Source of the DNA: the human T2T-CHM13v2.0 reference genome, Homo sapiens
Length of the DNA stretch: 64,000 nucleotides
Strand: one strand, 5' to 3'
Assembly (NCBI RefSeq): GCF_009914755.1
Contig: NC_060935.1
Of this stretch, positions 11,956-28,913 are shown piece by piece. A program made the position numbers and the translations under genes. Each line of letters opens with the position of its first letter. The first letter of the stretch is position 1. A model generated the notes under the pieces. The model did not search any database and was not told the DNA's origin. It worked only from the letters and a program-made list of their open reading frames with translations.

Positions 11956-12800
11956 TCAATGGGTCATTTGGGGTTTTTTTTCAATGGGTCATTTTTTTTT
12001 TTTAAACAAATGCTTCTGGAACAGTAGAATATTTGTACAGGAAAAAAATGAACCTTGATCTCATGTCACTCAATATACAAAAATTAATTTAAGATGGATC
12101 ATAAACCTAACCATAAAAACCAGGACTATAAAGTTTCTAGAAGAAAACATAGAAAAATATCTTTGTGACCTTAGGAGTCCACGAACATTTCTTGAATAGG
12201 ACACAAAATGCATTAATAAAATATTAATAGACTGGATTTCATCAAAATTTTAAATTTTCACTCTTTAAAAGACATCATTTATAATATAAACAGACAAGTC
12301 ACACATAGGAAAAAAATATATTCACCATATATGTATGACAAAGAATATATTTGTATTCAGAACATAAAAATATCTCCTAAAACTCAATAATAGAAAGCCA
12401 ACCAATTTTAGAAATGGGCAAAAGATTTAAACAGTCACTTCATGAAAGAAGATACATGAATGGTCAATAAACTCACAAAAATTTGTTGAATGACAGCAGG
12501 GAAATGCTGATTAAAACTACAATGAGACAGTATTTCATTCACACTGAAATGGCTTAATCCATTTGGATGGCTGACTAAACCAAATACTGATGAAGATGAA
12601 GAGAAACTAGAACTCACATACACTGTTGGTGGGCATATAACAAGGTACAACCTCATTGGAAAACTCTCTGGCAGTTATGTATAAAGGTAAACATATATTT
12701 ACATATGAACCAGTAATTCCACCCATACGTATTTACCAAAGAGAAGTGAACATATATTCACAAAAAAAGAAAAACTTATGTAAGAATACTTATGAAAACT

Positions 12801-13132
<332 letters not shown>

Positions 13133-13881
13133 CTAGAAACAATCTCAAATGTTAATCAATGGGAAAATGTATAAACAAATTGCAGTATATTTATACAATG
13201 GAATATTACTCAGAAATGAAAAGAAACAACTGCTGATATACACAACATGTTTGAATCTTGCAGATATCATGCTGAGTGAAAAAGAAAAACAGACATAACA
13301 AATATATACTGTGTGGTTCCACATAAATGAAATCCAAAGACAGGGAAACTTAATTAATGGGGATGGAAATCAAAAAGTGGTTGCCTCTGGAAAGAGGAGG
13401 AATTGACTGGAAAAGGGTACGGGAGAATTTGTTTTATTTTATTTATTTATTTGAGACAGGGTCTGGCTCTGTTGCCTAGCCCAGGCTGGAGTGCAGGGGC
13501 ACAATCATGGCTCACTGTAGCCTCAACCTGGAGTATGAAAGAATTTTCCAAGCTCATGTTAATATTCTATATCTTATTTTGGGGGTGGTAAAATTGAGTC
13601 AATCCAATTGTCAAAATTCAATAAATCAAACATTTGATAAAGGATTAATATCCAAAATATATGAAGAACTCAAATAACGCAATAGCAAGAAAACAAATAA
13701 TCTGATTAAAAAATGGGCATCAAGTTCAACAGAACTGAAAAGGAAAAAAAAACACAAGAATCTGAATAGACATTTCTCAAAAGACGACATACGAATGGCC
13801 AAAAGGCATATGAGAAAATGCTCAGCATCACTAATCATCAGGGAAATACAGATTAAACCCACATTGGGGCCAGTTGTGGTG

Positions 13882-14956
13882 TATCAGGGGAACCACCCCC
13901 AATATTTCAACGTAGGTTCTTTTCTGTTTTCCCTAAGTGTCGGCCAGTCTGAGAAATGAAGGGAAAGAGTACAAAAGAGAGAAATTTTAAAGCTGGGTAT
14001 CTGGGGAATACATCACATGTCGGCAGGTTCCACGATGCCCCCCAAGTCGCAAAACCAGCAAGTTTTTATTAGCGATTTTCAAAGGGGAGGCAGTGTATGA
14101 ATAGGGTGTGGGTCACAGAGATCACATGCTTCACAAGGCAATAAAATATCACAAGGCAAATGGGGACAGAGGAGATCACAGGACTGGGGTGAAATTAAAA
14201 TTGCTAATGAAGTTTTGGGCACGCATTTTCATTGATAACAACTTATCAGGAGATGGGGTTTGAGAGCAGACAACCTGTCTGACTAAAATTTACTAGGCGG
14301 GAATTTCCTCATCCTAATAGGCCCAGGAGCCCTATGGAAGACCGGGGCTTATTTCATCCCTTATCTTCAACCTTATAAGACAGACACTCCTAGAGCGGCC
14401 ATTTTAGAGGCCTCCCCCTAGGAACGCATTCTCTTTCTCAGGGCTGTTCCTTGCTGAGAAAAAGAATTCAGCGATATTTCTCCTATCTGCTTTTGTAAGA
14501 GGAGAAATATGGCTCTGTTCCACCCAGCTCTCAGGCAGTCAGACTTGATGGTTATCTCCCTTGTTCCTTGAGCATCGCTGTCATCCTGTTCTTTTATCAA
14601 GGTGCCCAGATTTCATATTGTTTAAACACACATGCTATACGAACAATTTGTGCAGTTAACGCAATCATCACGGGGCCCTGAGGCGACATACATCCTCAGC
14701 TTATGAAGATAACAGAATTAAGAGATTAAAGTAAAGACAGGCATAGGAAATCACAAGAGTATTGATTTGGGAAGTGATAGATGTCCATGAAATCTTCACA
14801 ATTTATGTTCAGAGATTGCAGTAAAGACAGGCATAAGAAATTATAGATGTGTTAATTTGGGGAACTAATAAATGTCCATGAAATCTTCACAATTTATGTT
14901 CTTCTGCCATGGCTTCAGCTGGTCCCTCCGTTCAGGGTCCCTGACTTCCTGCAACA
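13882..14956 (-). mobile_element. MER11 solo LTR (HERV-K11/HML-8), MER11B/C-like, inserted into an AluJ
   Basis: Minus strand begins TGTTGCAGGAAGTCAGGGACCCTGAACGGAGGGACC, has the duplicated 'aacataaattgtgaagatttcatggaca' repeat and ends ..GTTCCCCTGATA; 1075 bp; 6-bp TSD gtggtg/gtgatg. Confidence 0.9.
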
Positions 14957-14962
14957 GTGATG

Positions 14963-15240
<278 letters not shown>

Positions 15241-16503
15241 AAATAAAATAAAAATACTTTGAAACTATATTAATTACATTAGTGTGATATGGATGTAGAA
15301 ATATGTAGATAAATAAAATATTTTTAAAATCCAGAAACAGGACCATACATAAATAAGAATTTAGTTTTCTCAATAAAGGTGGCATTTATAACCAGTTAGG
15401 AAAAAACATACTTATTTAACAAATAGTATTAGCATAAATAGCTACTTGAAAAAATAAAACCAGACCTTTACTTCACATTATATACAAAAAAATAATGGCA
15501 AATGTGCTAAAGAGCTAAAAGTGAAAAACAAATTTAAAAATCAGAATAAAATACAAAAAGAATTTATAATCTTAAGAATGTAAAGCCCTTTTTAAATTAT
15601 GAAATTCCAGAATTCAAAATTGAAAAGACTGATTTAATTAAATAAAAATAAAAATGTGATGATTAAATATACTGTAAATTAATTTAAAAGACAATACTGG
15701 TATAAAATATTAAAACATAAAACAATATTCAATCTATATACAAATCAAAGGTTATAAAAAGGTAACTGACAGGAGACATATAACTGGACAAAAAAGCCTA
15801 TCAAAAGTTGTCTGACTTCACTGATAATCAAGGGGGAAAAAGTGTCTTTATATTATATTTCTCCCACCAGGTTAATAAGAGTTTAAAAGGTTTATAACAC
15901 CTAAAATAAGCAAAGATGCAGGAAAATAAGCACTGTTAATTAATAAATGGGTAAACTCTTTGTAAAAGGGAATTTGATAGTACTTAAAATTTCAAATCCA
16001 TATACCTCTGGCCCAGGTATGCCATTTCTAGGAATCTGTTTTATAGAAATTTTGTTTACATGCACAAATAAATATGTATTAGAATCTTCATTATAGTATT
16101 GGCTAAAGCCTTTAAAAATAGAACAATATAATAGGGGAATTAATAAGCAAATTGTTAAATAAACCATGAAACAATCATATGGAAAGTCATGGAACTATTA
16201 CCAGAAGAAAACAGACCAAATTTTCTGACATAACAAAAATTTTACATTCATAGTACAATTTGAAAAACAATGCATACACAATAAGCCTATTTACACATTT
16301 TGAATATATGTGGATATTGTGTAAATGTTCAGAAAAAGACTGGAAGGATACACTTCAAACATTTCACAGAGGTTACCTCTGGGAAGGGTAGTGGGAGTAA
16401 GCAAAAATTAAGACACCATTTAACATTTTGTTCCATATATCTTCTATTGTTTGAACTTTAGCTTGTACCTCCTTTATCTGATTGGACTATGTGGAATTAC
16501 TGC

Positions 16504-17150
16504 TGTAAAACAAAAAATATCTGAGACAAGTCTTCATCAATTTAGAAGTTTATTTTGCCAAGGTTAAGGACATGCTTATGACACAGGCTTGGGAGGTCCT
16601 GATGACATGTGCCCAAGGTTGTTGGGCTACAACTTGGTTTAATACATTTAGGGAGACATAAGACATCAATCAATACATGTAAGATGCACATTGATTTGGT
16701 CCAGAAAGACAGTACAACTGGACACGGGGGCATCCAGATCATAGGCAGATTCAAAGATTTTCTGACTGGCAATTGGTTGAGTTACTATCTAAATACCTAG
16801 AATCAATAGAAAGGAATGTCTGGGTTATGATAAGGGGTTGTGGAGACCAAAATTTTATCATGCAGATGAAGCCTCTGGGTAGCAGGCTTAAGAGAAAATA
16901 GATTGCAAATATTTCTTATCAGACTTAAAGAGTCTGTTCTATCAGTCTTGAGATCTCTGCATTGATATTAATGCTGATCAGCTGGGTCTGAATTCCAAAA
17001 GGGAGGAGGGTATAATGAGGCATGTCTGACTCTCCCTTTTCATTACACAGCCTGAACTAGTTTTTTAGGTTAACTTTGGAATGCCCTTGGCCAAGAAGAC
17101 AGGGTCCATTCAGATGGTTGGGGGGCTTAGAATTTCATTTTTAGTTTACA
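16504..17150 (-). mobile_element. MER4-family (ERV1) solo LTR
   Basis: Minus strand starts TGTAAACTAAAAATGAAATTCTAAGCCCCCCAACCATCTGAATGGACCC; TG...CA termini; 4-bp TSD ctgc. Confidence 0.88.
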
Positions 17151-18304
17151 CTGCTTATTCAACTATTTTAACCTACAAAAACAGCAATTTCATAAGACTC
17201 AATAGAGTAAGAAATTTATGTGTACTGGCTTTGTAATTTGAATAAATAAGAAAAAAGAATCTATACACTGCCTTGGGATGGAGTTAAAATGAGCAGCATT
17301 ATCAGGACTCTAAGGGTTTATGAGAGGCTGTCCAAAAGGAGGGCAGCACACAGTCATTTCTCATCTAAAACAGCTGCCCATCCAGTACGTCGTCCTTTCT
17401 GCTTTCTGTTGTTCAGCAGTTGTATAATCCTCTCAGCATAGGAAGACAGAGGCCCCTGCCTTCTCCTCAACCCTCAGACCCTGGCTCTTGACTGTGACAG
17501 AGGTCTCATAGCTCTTTGTACACATCATGACATTTTTACATGCTAGAAATACAAATTTCACATTTTACAAGAGTGATGAGAAATGTGATTGTGCTATTTC
17601 TACACCTCCATTAGTAATTCTCTAAAAGTAATCCTGAATTCTAACAAATTACAGTAAAAACAATGACCCAGGCATCTTTTTTTTTTGCCATTACCAAAAA
17701 CCCCATTAGCAATCTTATTTAAATAGACTGAGCCATTTCCTATAACCACTGCAAATGATTTTAAATCAATCCACATCTTTTCTCTAGTTGAACATACAGT
17801 GGTTAAAGACTTCATTTATTTTTTAAAAAATAAGCTATGCTTTCTTATGACCTTTGCACTGACTTACTAAGAATACCAGTGCAATAGTCTTAGTTTAAAA
17901 AAAAAACAAGCTCTTCCAATCTATTGAAAGATGGCAGGTATAATAATTTGCTTTTAAAAATTTCAACAAAGTAAATTTGAACAAGGTCTGTAGGTTAGGA
18001 AATAGTATTAGATTGATGTTAGTTTCCTGATTTTGACAATTTCTCTGTGTAAGAATATGTTCTTGTTTTCAGAAAATACACACTGAAATATTTAGAAGTA
18101 AAGGGTCATTATATGGCAACCCTCAAACATCAGAAAAAAATGATTTGCATACATATATAGAAAGAATTATGAAATGAGTGATAAAGTAAGTATTGTAATA
18201 TGTTAATATCTGGTAAATGTGGGTGACAGGTCAACAGAAATTGTTATTCTGCTTTGCAACTTTAAGTCTGAAATTATTTAGAATGAAAATTAAAAAAAAA
18301 AAAT

Positions 18305-18575
18305 TCCCTCAGCTACTCAGAAGGCCAAGGTAGAGGATCACTTGGGGCCACAGTTTGAGACCAGCCTGGACAATATAGCAAGACCCCCATCTCTACAAAA
18401 ACAAACTTTTTAAAAAATTAAGCAGGTGTGGTGGTGTGCACCTGTATTCCCAGCTACTCAGAAGGATGAAGTGGGAGAATCACTTGAGACTAGGAATTCA
18501 AAGCTGCAGTGACCCACGATCATGTCACTGTACTCCAGCCTAGACAACAGAGCAAGACCCTGTCTCTCGAAAAAT
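18305..18575 (+). mobile_element. AluJ-type SINE, 5' degenerate
   Basis: Diverged Alu left and right arm sequence. Confidence 0.8.
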
Positions 18576-18940
18576 ATATGTATTTTCCCCTAAAATGATT
18601 CATAAATTCAATAACAGTAACAAATGCTACTGCCCCTAAGTGCCCCTGTAGCAGGTGGCAGTCCAGGCCTTCACAAGGACCCTTTCTAATTCCAATTCCT
18701 CAAAGCGATATTATTGTCCCTGTGCTACTGAGTATGTGAGGGCCTCAGCCAGCAGTTCAGCAGTGCTCCCCTGTGCCTACATCCAGCCCCATCTATTGGC
18801 TTCAGGGAATATTTTAAGTCTTCACCTTCTCTTCAAGCCGCCTTCCTCCCTCATGCCCCCAACACCCTTATTCCCTCAGCACATTAATTCATGCCTTTGT
18901 TCATTATTTAATTATTTACTTTCTCTTCTACATATTCTGA

Positions 18941-19333
<393 letters not shown>

Positions 19334-20609
19334 TAACTCTATTCCACGCTTTTGTCTTCCTTTCATAAGCAGATTTTTGAAGAAAAAAAAACAAAAAAAA
19401 ACCTATATCTCCAGCTCATTTCCCATTCAAACCAGTGAAGAGAAAGGATGTATGTCTGTATCCTACTATGTGATATATATTTTTTTTGCCAATTTTTTTG
19501 TATAGGCTTCTAGTGAGCAGAGAAAAATCAAAATAAGAAAAAGATAGGGATGGTATCTATAGGAAAGAAAATATAGACTTTCTCCCTGGTATACAAAAAC
19601 ACACAGTGAATAAAATAAACCATTGCTGAACATCTATGTACAAAGCACTCTGTTCTGTATTAGCTACTGGATTTTTGAGAGAAGTTTCTTGTCCATAATA
19701 TATTTCTGGCCAAAAATATAAATCCCACCACCAGAAACAAAACAAATTCTAAGGACAAACATTCTTAAAGTAGAACAATGTCAAACAATCTTCTAGTTTT
19801 TTAGCTGAGATAAGATGCTGGCAACAAAGAATTAGGAATAAAAACTGCTGCCAGGTGAATCCAAGATCTAATTATTTTATCATCAAAGGATAGTCAAGTA
19901 ACATCTCCAATTCAAAGAAGGCTTAAAACACAGGACAGTTTGGGGCTTATTCCTTTGGGCTCATAGTGTCCTGTGGATCAGGTAGGACACCCAGCAGAAC
20001 CACAATTTCCAGTTGAATGAACCTGTCCCAGTTGCCACCTCCCTTCAGGAGGGGATTGTAATTCACTTCCTCTCCATTTTCTGGGGCCAAGGTACCACCC
20101 CCTGCATCTGAACACTTAGCCACTGTGTGAAGACAACTTGGAGTTGCATGAACAGGGGGAACATTCAGCATTGTTAAATGAAAGGATAAATGGGCAAATT
20201 GTATCTCTAGTGTCCAGCACATAGATGAAATTTTATGAATATTTCTTGAATGAATAAGTAAACTCACAACCCAATAGTCAGAATTCAGGGCAGTATTTCT
20301 GGCCCTACAGTTGTAACTCTAACCCTTCCCCACTCTAGACTCACATTCCCTTTCTTTCCCAGGCTCACCCCATCTTTTGGAAATATTTGAGGACTTGGCT
20401 GAAGGTGAAGACCATAAATTCATCAAGGATCGTTTCAGAGCCAAAAGCAGGTAAAAGCAAATAACTTGGATTGCCAACTCAGAGGTGTTGGTGGGAGATG
20501 ACTGGCTCAGGGCCATGAAATGGTGCTGACAGTATCCTAGTCATTGGGTATAGAGCAATAAACATGTCAACGAAGGCCCCTGAATTTAGGGGTTTCCATG
20601 TTCTTTCAT

Positions 20610-21590
20610 TCAGATGACAAGTATTAACTGAGAAGCCAGGCCCTTTACTGAGCACTGGGTGTACATTCCTGCCTCCATGAAATTTACATTCTAGTGGAGG
20701 AAAGCAAGAAAATAATTAAATAAATAAATAACATATATAATATATTGGAAGGTGATCAATCTTGGAGGGGGTAAGAGGGGACTGAAGCAAGGAAAGGGGA
20801 TAGGGAGTACAGATAGGGGATGCAATTTTAAATAGTGTGGTCAAAGTAGACCTCACCGAGAAAGTGGTATTGAAGCAAAGTTCTGTAGGAAGGTGAGGGA
20901 GTAGGAAAATGGGAAAGAGCATTCCAGACAGAAAAAAGCAAATGTAATATCCTGAGTTGGGAACACCCCTGGCATGTTCAAGAGGCAGTGAAGAGTCCAG
21001 TCTGGCTGAAGCAGAGCAAATGAGGAAGAGAGGAAATCATGTTGGGCCTTCTTGGCCATTGTTAAGACTTTGCCATTTGCTCTGACTGAGATGGGAAGGC
21101 ACCATAAGGTTGCTAACAGAAGAATAACGTGATGTGATCCGGTTTTTAACAGAACCACTCTGGCTGCTGGGAAAAAAAACAGCAACAAATAAAACAGAGT
21201 ATAGAATGGCAGAAAAGTGGTACGGTTGGTGTTGGGGGATAAATATCAGCATGCTTGTATGCTGATGGTTATGCTTGAGTGAAAAGGGAAAAATTGATGC
21301 TACAAGAAAAATAAAAGAAGATTGTTGGAGACATGTTCTTGAGTAAGCAAGAGGGGAATGGCTCTAGTATGCAAGTGGTGGAGCTAAGAACACAGAGTGT
21401 TAACCAGTAGTCCCGGAGGAAGGCAGAATTTACAGGAACAGATGAATATAAGTGGGTAAATGTGACGGTGGGAGGTTGTGCTATTTCTTTCACATTTGCC
21501 TCAATATTGCAGTGAAGCAGAAAGCAAGACCATCAGCGGAAAGTGAAGATGGAGCAGTAGGTACCACAAATTTGAGGAGAAAACAATCAC
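20610..21590 (-). mobile_element. L2a relic
   Basis: cctgcctccatgaaatttacattctagtgg, agacctcaccgagaaagtggtattgaagcaaag, gaataacgtgatgtgatccggttttt; boundaries approximate. Confidence 0.65.
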
Positions 21591-22219
21591 TCATACATGA
21601 ATGCATCTGTAAGTAATCTCTTGAAAAATGCATAAAACTGTACATGCATTACTAAACTCTTGGCTATAGATTTGGTTCCAGAAAAAAAAAAAAAAGACCA
21701 GAAAACATTTTTACACATACAGCATATGGAAAGCCATCTGAATACAACAACATGTACAAACGAAGTGATGTGATTTGGCATGTTTCCATGAAGCAATAAA
21801 AGCTGTAAGTAATTTCCCTAAATTCTATTGAGATTTGAATCAGGCAAATACCTCTTTATTACTGGAAGTCATCTGAACCTAGGTCATTGCATTAGGAGTG
21901 AAATACTGGAGTGTAAAACATATGTCCAGTTGACATGTGTCAACCAATGTGAAACACTGGTGAAGGGGAACATTATCGTAGGGTCTATCTCACACCCACA
22001 CCAAATCCAGTCACCAACTGCCTTTCTAACTGATTTATGTGTTCCCAAACGTTGGGAATCTGGAATTCTCAGGTTATATTTAACCCTCTCTTCTCCAGTA
22101 ACAGCTCAGCTAACAGTTCTACTACAGGAAAACATGCTTAGATTACACTCATTTCCACTACAAGATTTCACTAACTGAGTAAGACAATTTGAGGGTACAA
22201 TATATAAAGAGTTAAGATG

Positions 22220-22430
22220 CCAGCCTGGCCAACATGGTGAAATCCTGTCTCTACTAAAAATACAAAAATTAGCTGGATGTGGTGGCACACACCTGTAGTC
22301 TCAGCTACTCAGGAGGCTGAGGCAGGAGAATCACTCGAACCCCTGAAGGCAGAGGTTGCAGTGAGCCAAGATCACACCACTGCCCTCCAGCCTGGGCGAC
22401 AGAGCAAGACTCTGCCCCCACCCAAAAAAA
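22220..22430 (+). mobile_element. 5'-truncated AluS
   Basis: Starts at ccagcctggccaacatgg; TSD aaagagttaag(a/g)tg. Confidence 0.9.
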
Positions 22431-23596
22431 AGAGTTAAGGTGAATTAAAACCCAAAACATGTCATTCTATTCACTGTTTTTTAAACTTGCAATATTTTAA
22501 AGCATTACACCCTTCCTTGGTGTCTTGGAAGGCTGTCCTCCAGTCCAAGCTTTGATAATACTGTCCAGCATCCTATGGATGGTTGTTGATGTGCCGGTCC
22601 AGGCTTTGGAGAGCTAGTAACAAGGATAAGTAGACACTGCAGACCTCCATACACAGAGCACTTAACCAAGCAGGGGATGGGGGGAAGCCAGCAGTGCAAG
22701 GAGCGGGAAGAGGCCACAGTTCTTGTTCTCAGCCTTCAGCTCTCTGTGGACTTACCCGTGGCCTCATCTTGGAAGCCTAGGAGGTTTGTCCCCAGATAGA
22801 GATGCTAAGCTTTAGAATATTAATCTGTTACCCATTTTCACCTTCCCTTTTAACTCAGGGAATTTTCACTTTTTTAATATTTTGAGAAAATAAATGGCTT
22901 AATTGCATTATTTTTATTATGTTGTTTTATACATAAGTTAAATATCTTATTTATGTATGATGGTTTTATTTTATCTGAATGATATTTAACCTATCTTGTC
23001 CTTCCTATTTGTAACATTTTACCACTTTTAGTCATATTTAAAAGCCTGTATTTTTTATTTAATTTTGTAATGACTTTTACTTCTCTTAACTACTTTCTAT
23101 AACAGCTATATTTATTTGTTTTGTCTTTTTTTCCTTACCTAGTTGTAGTATTGCTTCTGCTTTGTTAGCATTGCCTAGTAGTTCCCCTATTTCTTCCAGT
23201 TTTAACAGCCACTCCCCATTCCCCTCCACACTCTCAAACTCCCAGCTAAACCCCTCAAGCCAGACAATTCATGAGATTTAACATCCACAGTTCCTTCCTT
23301 GGACAATACATTTCCTATTCTAGCTGCACATGCTTGCCCATAGGGAATGATATTTGTGTCTCACACCGTGCTCAGTAGCATCCTTCTGCTAGAAGTTCTG
23401 TGATCTAGAATCCATGGTCTCTCCTGTATAAAATCAATGCATGGAAACAAGATCTGTGGAGAATCACTGTACAACAGGAGGAGGAGGGCCACACGAGGTT
23501 TCTTTCACATTGTCCCCAAGCTTATTCTAGCAGGGGGGATCCCAATGTAACATCTCTCCAAAAAATGAACTACCTTAAAGACACCACAAAACCTGA

Positions 23597-23914
<318 letters not shown>

Positions 23915-24114
23915 TAAAAAACATAAACTCCCTCAACTTGCCTATAGCTAATATGATTAATCTGCTTTCCAATTTTGCTATAAAAAATTCTGTTCTTAAG
24001 TAAGTAACCCACACGCCTTTCTGAGTTTCAAGCTTCAAGGAGAAGTGAGCTATGCCAGGAATTATCCCTAATAAGAGTGTGGGTTTGGTTTGGTTTCAGT
24101 TTGTTTTTTTTTTC

Positions 24115-24225
24115 AGATAGATAGATGACTGATAAATAAAAAGACAGATAATAGATAGACTGATTGATGTACAGATGATTGATAGATGGTAGGTAAATAG
24201 ATAGATGATCAACAGATAGATGATC
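24115..24225. repeat. Degenerate (GATA)n tetranucleotide repeat
   Basis: Multiple gatagata/gattgat units. Confidence 0.7.
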
Positions 24226-24604
24226 TATTGATTACATTCAGCTGTACTTTTGCTGGATCCCTTGAAGACCAGAATCTTATTAAGCAGCTGGAGTGTGCTG
24301 TGAACCTCAAAGCCTCACAAGAATGTATAAGCTGCCTCAATCCAACTAAAAAGATCACTCTTTCACAAGGGAGGCCACTCAGTTCGGAGAAGGGGCTGAG
24401 GCCAGACACCTGCACTCCTCTACTTCATTCCCTCAAAGAAAGCAGGATGCCATTTTGGTTAAAGCTGAGTTTCTAAAAACAACCTGATAAATGATCAGGG
24501 CCTAGCCCATGTCCATGATTCCCCTAAACTTAGAGATATTTCACAAGTTAATTTTCTACTTACATTTCCTGAACAATGTGCTTAAATAAGAATCAATCTC
24601 CTTC

Positions 24605-24890
24605 AGCCAGGCATGGTGGCTCACACCTGTGATCCCAGAACTTTGAGAGGCCAAGTCGGGTGGATTGCTTGAGCTCAGGAGGTTGACACCAGACTGGTCA
24701 ACACGGCAAGACCCTAGCTCTACAAAAAATGTTTTAATTAGCTCAGTGTGGTGATGTGTGCCTGTAGTCCCAGCTACTTGGGAGGCTGAGGTGGGAGGAT
24801 CACTTGAGCCCTGGAAGTCAAGGCTGCAGTGAGTTGTGATGGTGCCACTGCCCTCCAGCCTGGGTGAAAACCTCTCTCTCTCTCTCTCTT
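24605..24890 (+). mobile_element. AluJ-type SINE with (CT)n at 3' end
   Basis: Diverged dimeric Alu. Confidence 0.9.
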
Positions 24891-27008
24891 TCTCCCTGCT
24901 TCCTATTCATCAATTCCTTAACATTATCAATGTTCTTTCCTTTCCTGGGAAAACATTTTGGGGCTTAGAGCTCAGCCTGTTTCTTACCAAAATGTATTTA
25001 ATAACTCCAACCTCCTGTTCTTCCCTACTGCCATGGTTGTGCATCCTTCTCAGCTGGCTGGCTCGAGGCATAGAGGCTCTTACGTGCCTGCTGAACTGCT
25101 TGTCTTAAAGGCCCACAGGGTCTTCATCTTAAAGTGTTATGCCATGCCCTGCCTTATGTACCTCAGCACAGATGAACCACAGCTAGCCGGTTCTGATTCC
25201 CATCCTCAACCAGCAGTGAAAGACAAATTCAGCACTGGGCTTCATAAGGCTTACACTCAGGCCCAGGAGCACCCTCCAGGGAGCATGGCTCCTCACAGGC
25301 CCAGGAGGTTCTCAGGAGCATTCCATCAAGAAACAGATATTTTTCTCCTAGAATGTGATAGGACAGCATCCTACTACCAAATATATTTTTGCATGCTTTA
25401 AGATATTATGCTACTGAGAAATCCATATTAAGAAAACAAGTTATCTTGTTTCCAATCATTGAAGCCTTTTTGATTTTCTTAGAGACAAAAATGAGAGAAA
25501 AGAGGGAATTAGCCTACCTAATTTACAGCCATGTGGAAGGGACTGTAACTCAGCTCCCAGGATCAGACGGCTGCTGCCACCCCCACAACCACCTCCTGGG
25601 AGGTTACTCTTGGGCCTGCAGCTGCCACTCCCTTACCTTGCAGTTGCTGTTTGGGATTGTTTTGCTCTCCTGAGGCTATGTCATCTATGAATCAACAAAC
25701 AGTAGCTGCAAGATGACAGCTGAGGAAGGAAAGCCCAGACAAAATCTTCAGGATGAATGAAAATGTATAACTCCTCTGGATTTAATTATCTGTAAACACG
25801 GTTCTTTTCCTCATGCTTATCTAATATCTATGTGGATTTTAAAATAAAATTCATAACACAAGTTCCCCCCACCCTCAAAAACAAAACCTCCCAGGATCAT
25901 ATTGTAATAACACCTGTTTATGCCCACCTGATTCATATTTGTAATAAGGTGAGCATGATATGCCTCTCCTGCAAGGATGCACACTGATTGTTCAGGTGCT
26001 TAGCCTCTGGTAAATGTGGTATTTATCTCTGAAGATTGCAATGTCAAGACTGGCAACAGTCTTGACAAAGTTTTTCCTGAGACAGTGAGATAAGTTGGAC
26101 CAAAAGGATTGTTCCCACGTGGCGTAGGCCACTTTTCTACAGAGTTATTTGGAGCTAAATGAAAAACCTCCTGTCAAATCTATACATTTCACCAAATATT
26201 GCTGAGTGACAGCCTAGCCTCTGGAATGAGGCTAGTGTAAATTTCACTTATTTCTCAATTTTACAGATTAATGTTTTGGACTTTCTAGTAGCTAGCCCTG
26301 GCTTACTTATTACTATTCTTGGGATGAATATTTTAGTCCATGTTGAAAACCACCATTTAAATTTCCTGTAATATATAAAGAGTACTTTCAAACAAGTGGG
26401 TTGGATAAGTAAAAATAAAAACTAGTAGAAAAAAATAAGCAAAAGATATGAATAGATAGCTCAAAGAAAAACCAAATCTAAATGCCCAAGAACTATGTAA
26501 AAGTATGTTCAAATTCATTCATAATCAGGAAAATTAAAAGTAGCATAACCATGAGGTATCACTTTACACCCATAAAACTGCAGAACCTAAAAAAAAACTC
26601 TAACATTTGCATTCAGGGAGATATAAGGGACAGTACTAAAATATATGGAGGGTGAATTTTGAAATTGATTACAGCATTTATTGAAAGCAATCTGGCAACA
26701 TCTATGAAAATTAAAATATATACACTTATCAACTTCCCAATCCCACTCCCAGAAACCTACCCTATGTTAGGCAAACATGATAACACTACACTACAAAAAC
26801 CTGCAGAAATCTACCATATGGAATAAAAGTGCCAAAATATTAGGACACATGTGAAAGGCAGGGACTGCAAACAAAGTGAATGTCCATCAGTTGGGCTGAA
26901 TTAATTGTGGTATGCTCACAGAATACCGTGCAGTCATTCCAAAGGATGAACTAGAGCAATAGAAGATCTGGAAGAACTTCAGGAGCTACTGTTGAAGGAG
27001 AAAAGTCA

Positions 27009-27464
<456 letters not shown>

Positions 27465-27482
27465 TTAAAAAAGGACTTACTA

Positions 27483-27807
<325 letters not shown>

Positions 27808-28437
27808 TTAATATGGGTCATTTGAAATGGTCAAGGAACTGAAATGGGATATGAAAGTCTGGGATGGGTGGGATGACAGGTCTCCATGATAAAAACAGAA
27901 TATATGATGTGATCTGGTTCATGAAAAATTTTTATATAAATTAATATACGTGTTTAATATATAAACATATATTTAATGTATATATATTTTTAAAATTGGT
28001 GTGTATATGTATATTTTTATATGTACTCCTAAAAAGATACATGAAAATAATGATCAACAAAAGGTGAATGATGGTTATCTCAGGATAGTGGAATTTTACA
28101 TGAACTTGACTTTCTTTTTTTATTTTTATATGTAGCTTTAATTCTTTAAGATAACCATATGCTACTTACATTTTATATACATTTACTTACATATTATAGG
28201 TAAATAAATTTAGATGTATTGAGAAATATATTTTGTATTATCTAATTTATATTTTATATAAAATAAAGTTATTTAATTCTGAAAAAAACAACAAAATAAA
28301 TAGGTCAATGAATGTTGTAAAGGAAAAAAATTCCCCTCTTCATAGCCCTTATAGTAAGGATTCTGCACTTATACTTACAGATAATTGCACTACTAAAACT
28401 AAGAGATTATTAAACTAAAATGTGGAAAATGTCCCTG

Positions 28438-28441
28438 TTTT

Positions 28442-28476
<35 letters not shown>

Positions 28477-28913
28477 TTTTTTTTTTGAGACAGAGTTTCG
28501 CTCTTGTCACTCAGGCTGGAGTGCAACGCACGATCTTGGCTCACTCCAACCTCCGCCTCACAGGCTTAAGAGATTCTCCTGCCTCAGCCTCCTGAGTAGC
28601 TGGGATTATAGGCACCTGCCACCACACCTGGCTAATTTTGTATTTTTAGTAGAGATGGAGTCTTTGCCATGTTGGTCAGAACATGAACTCCTGACCTCAG
28701 GTGATCCACCCAACTCGGCCTCCCGAAGTGCTGGGATTATAGTTGTGAGCCACCGTGCCGGGCCTGTTTTTTGTTTGTTTGTTTGTTTTTAATTAAATAG
28801 AGATGGGGTCTCACTATGTTGCCCAGGCTTGTCTTGCCCCTGGGATCAAGTAATTCATCTGCCTCAGCCTCCCAAAGTGCTGGGATTACAGGCGTGAACT
28901 CTTGTGCCTGGCC
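28438..28913 (-). mobile_element. AluS (28438-28764) adjoining a FLAM_C-like monomer (28765-28913)
   Basis: Antisense dimeric Alu with (TTTA)n tail, followed by an antisense left monomer. Confidence 0.9.
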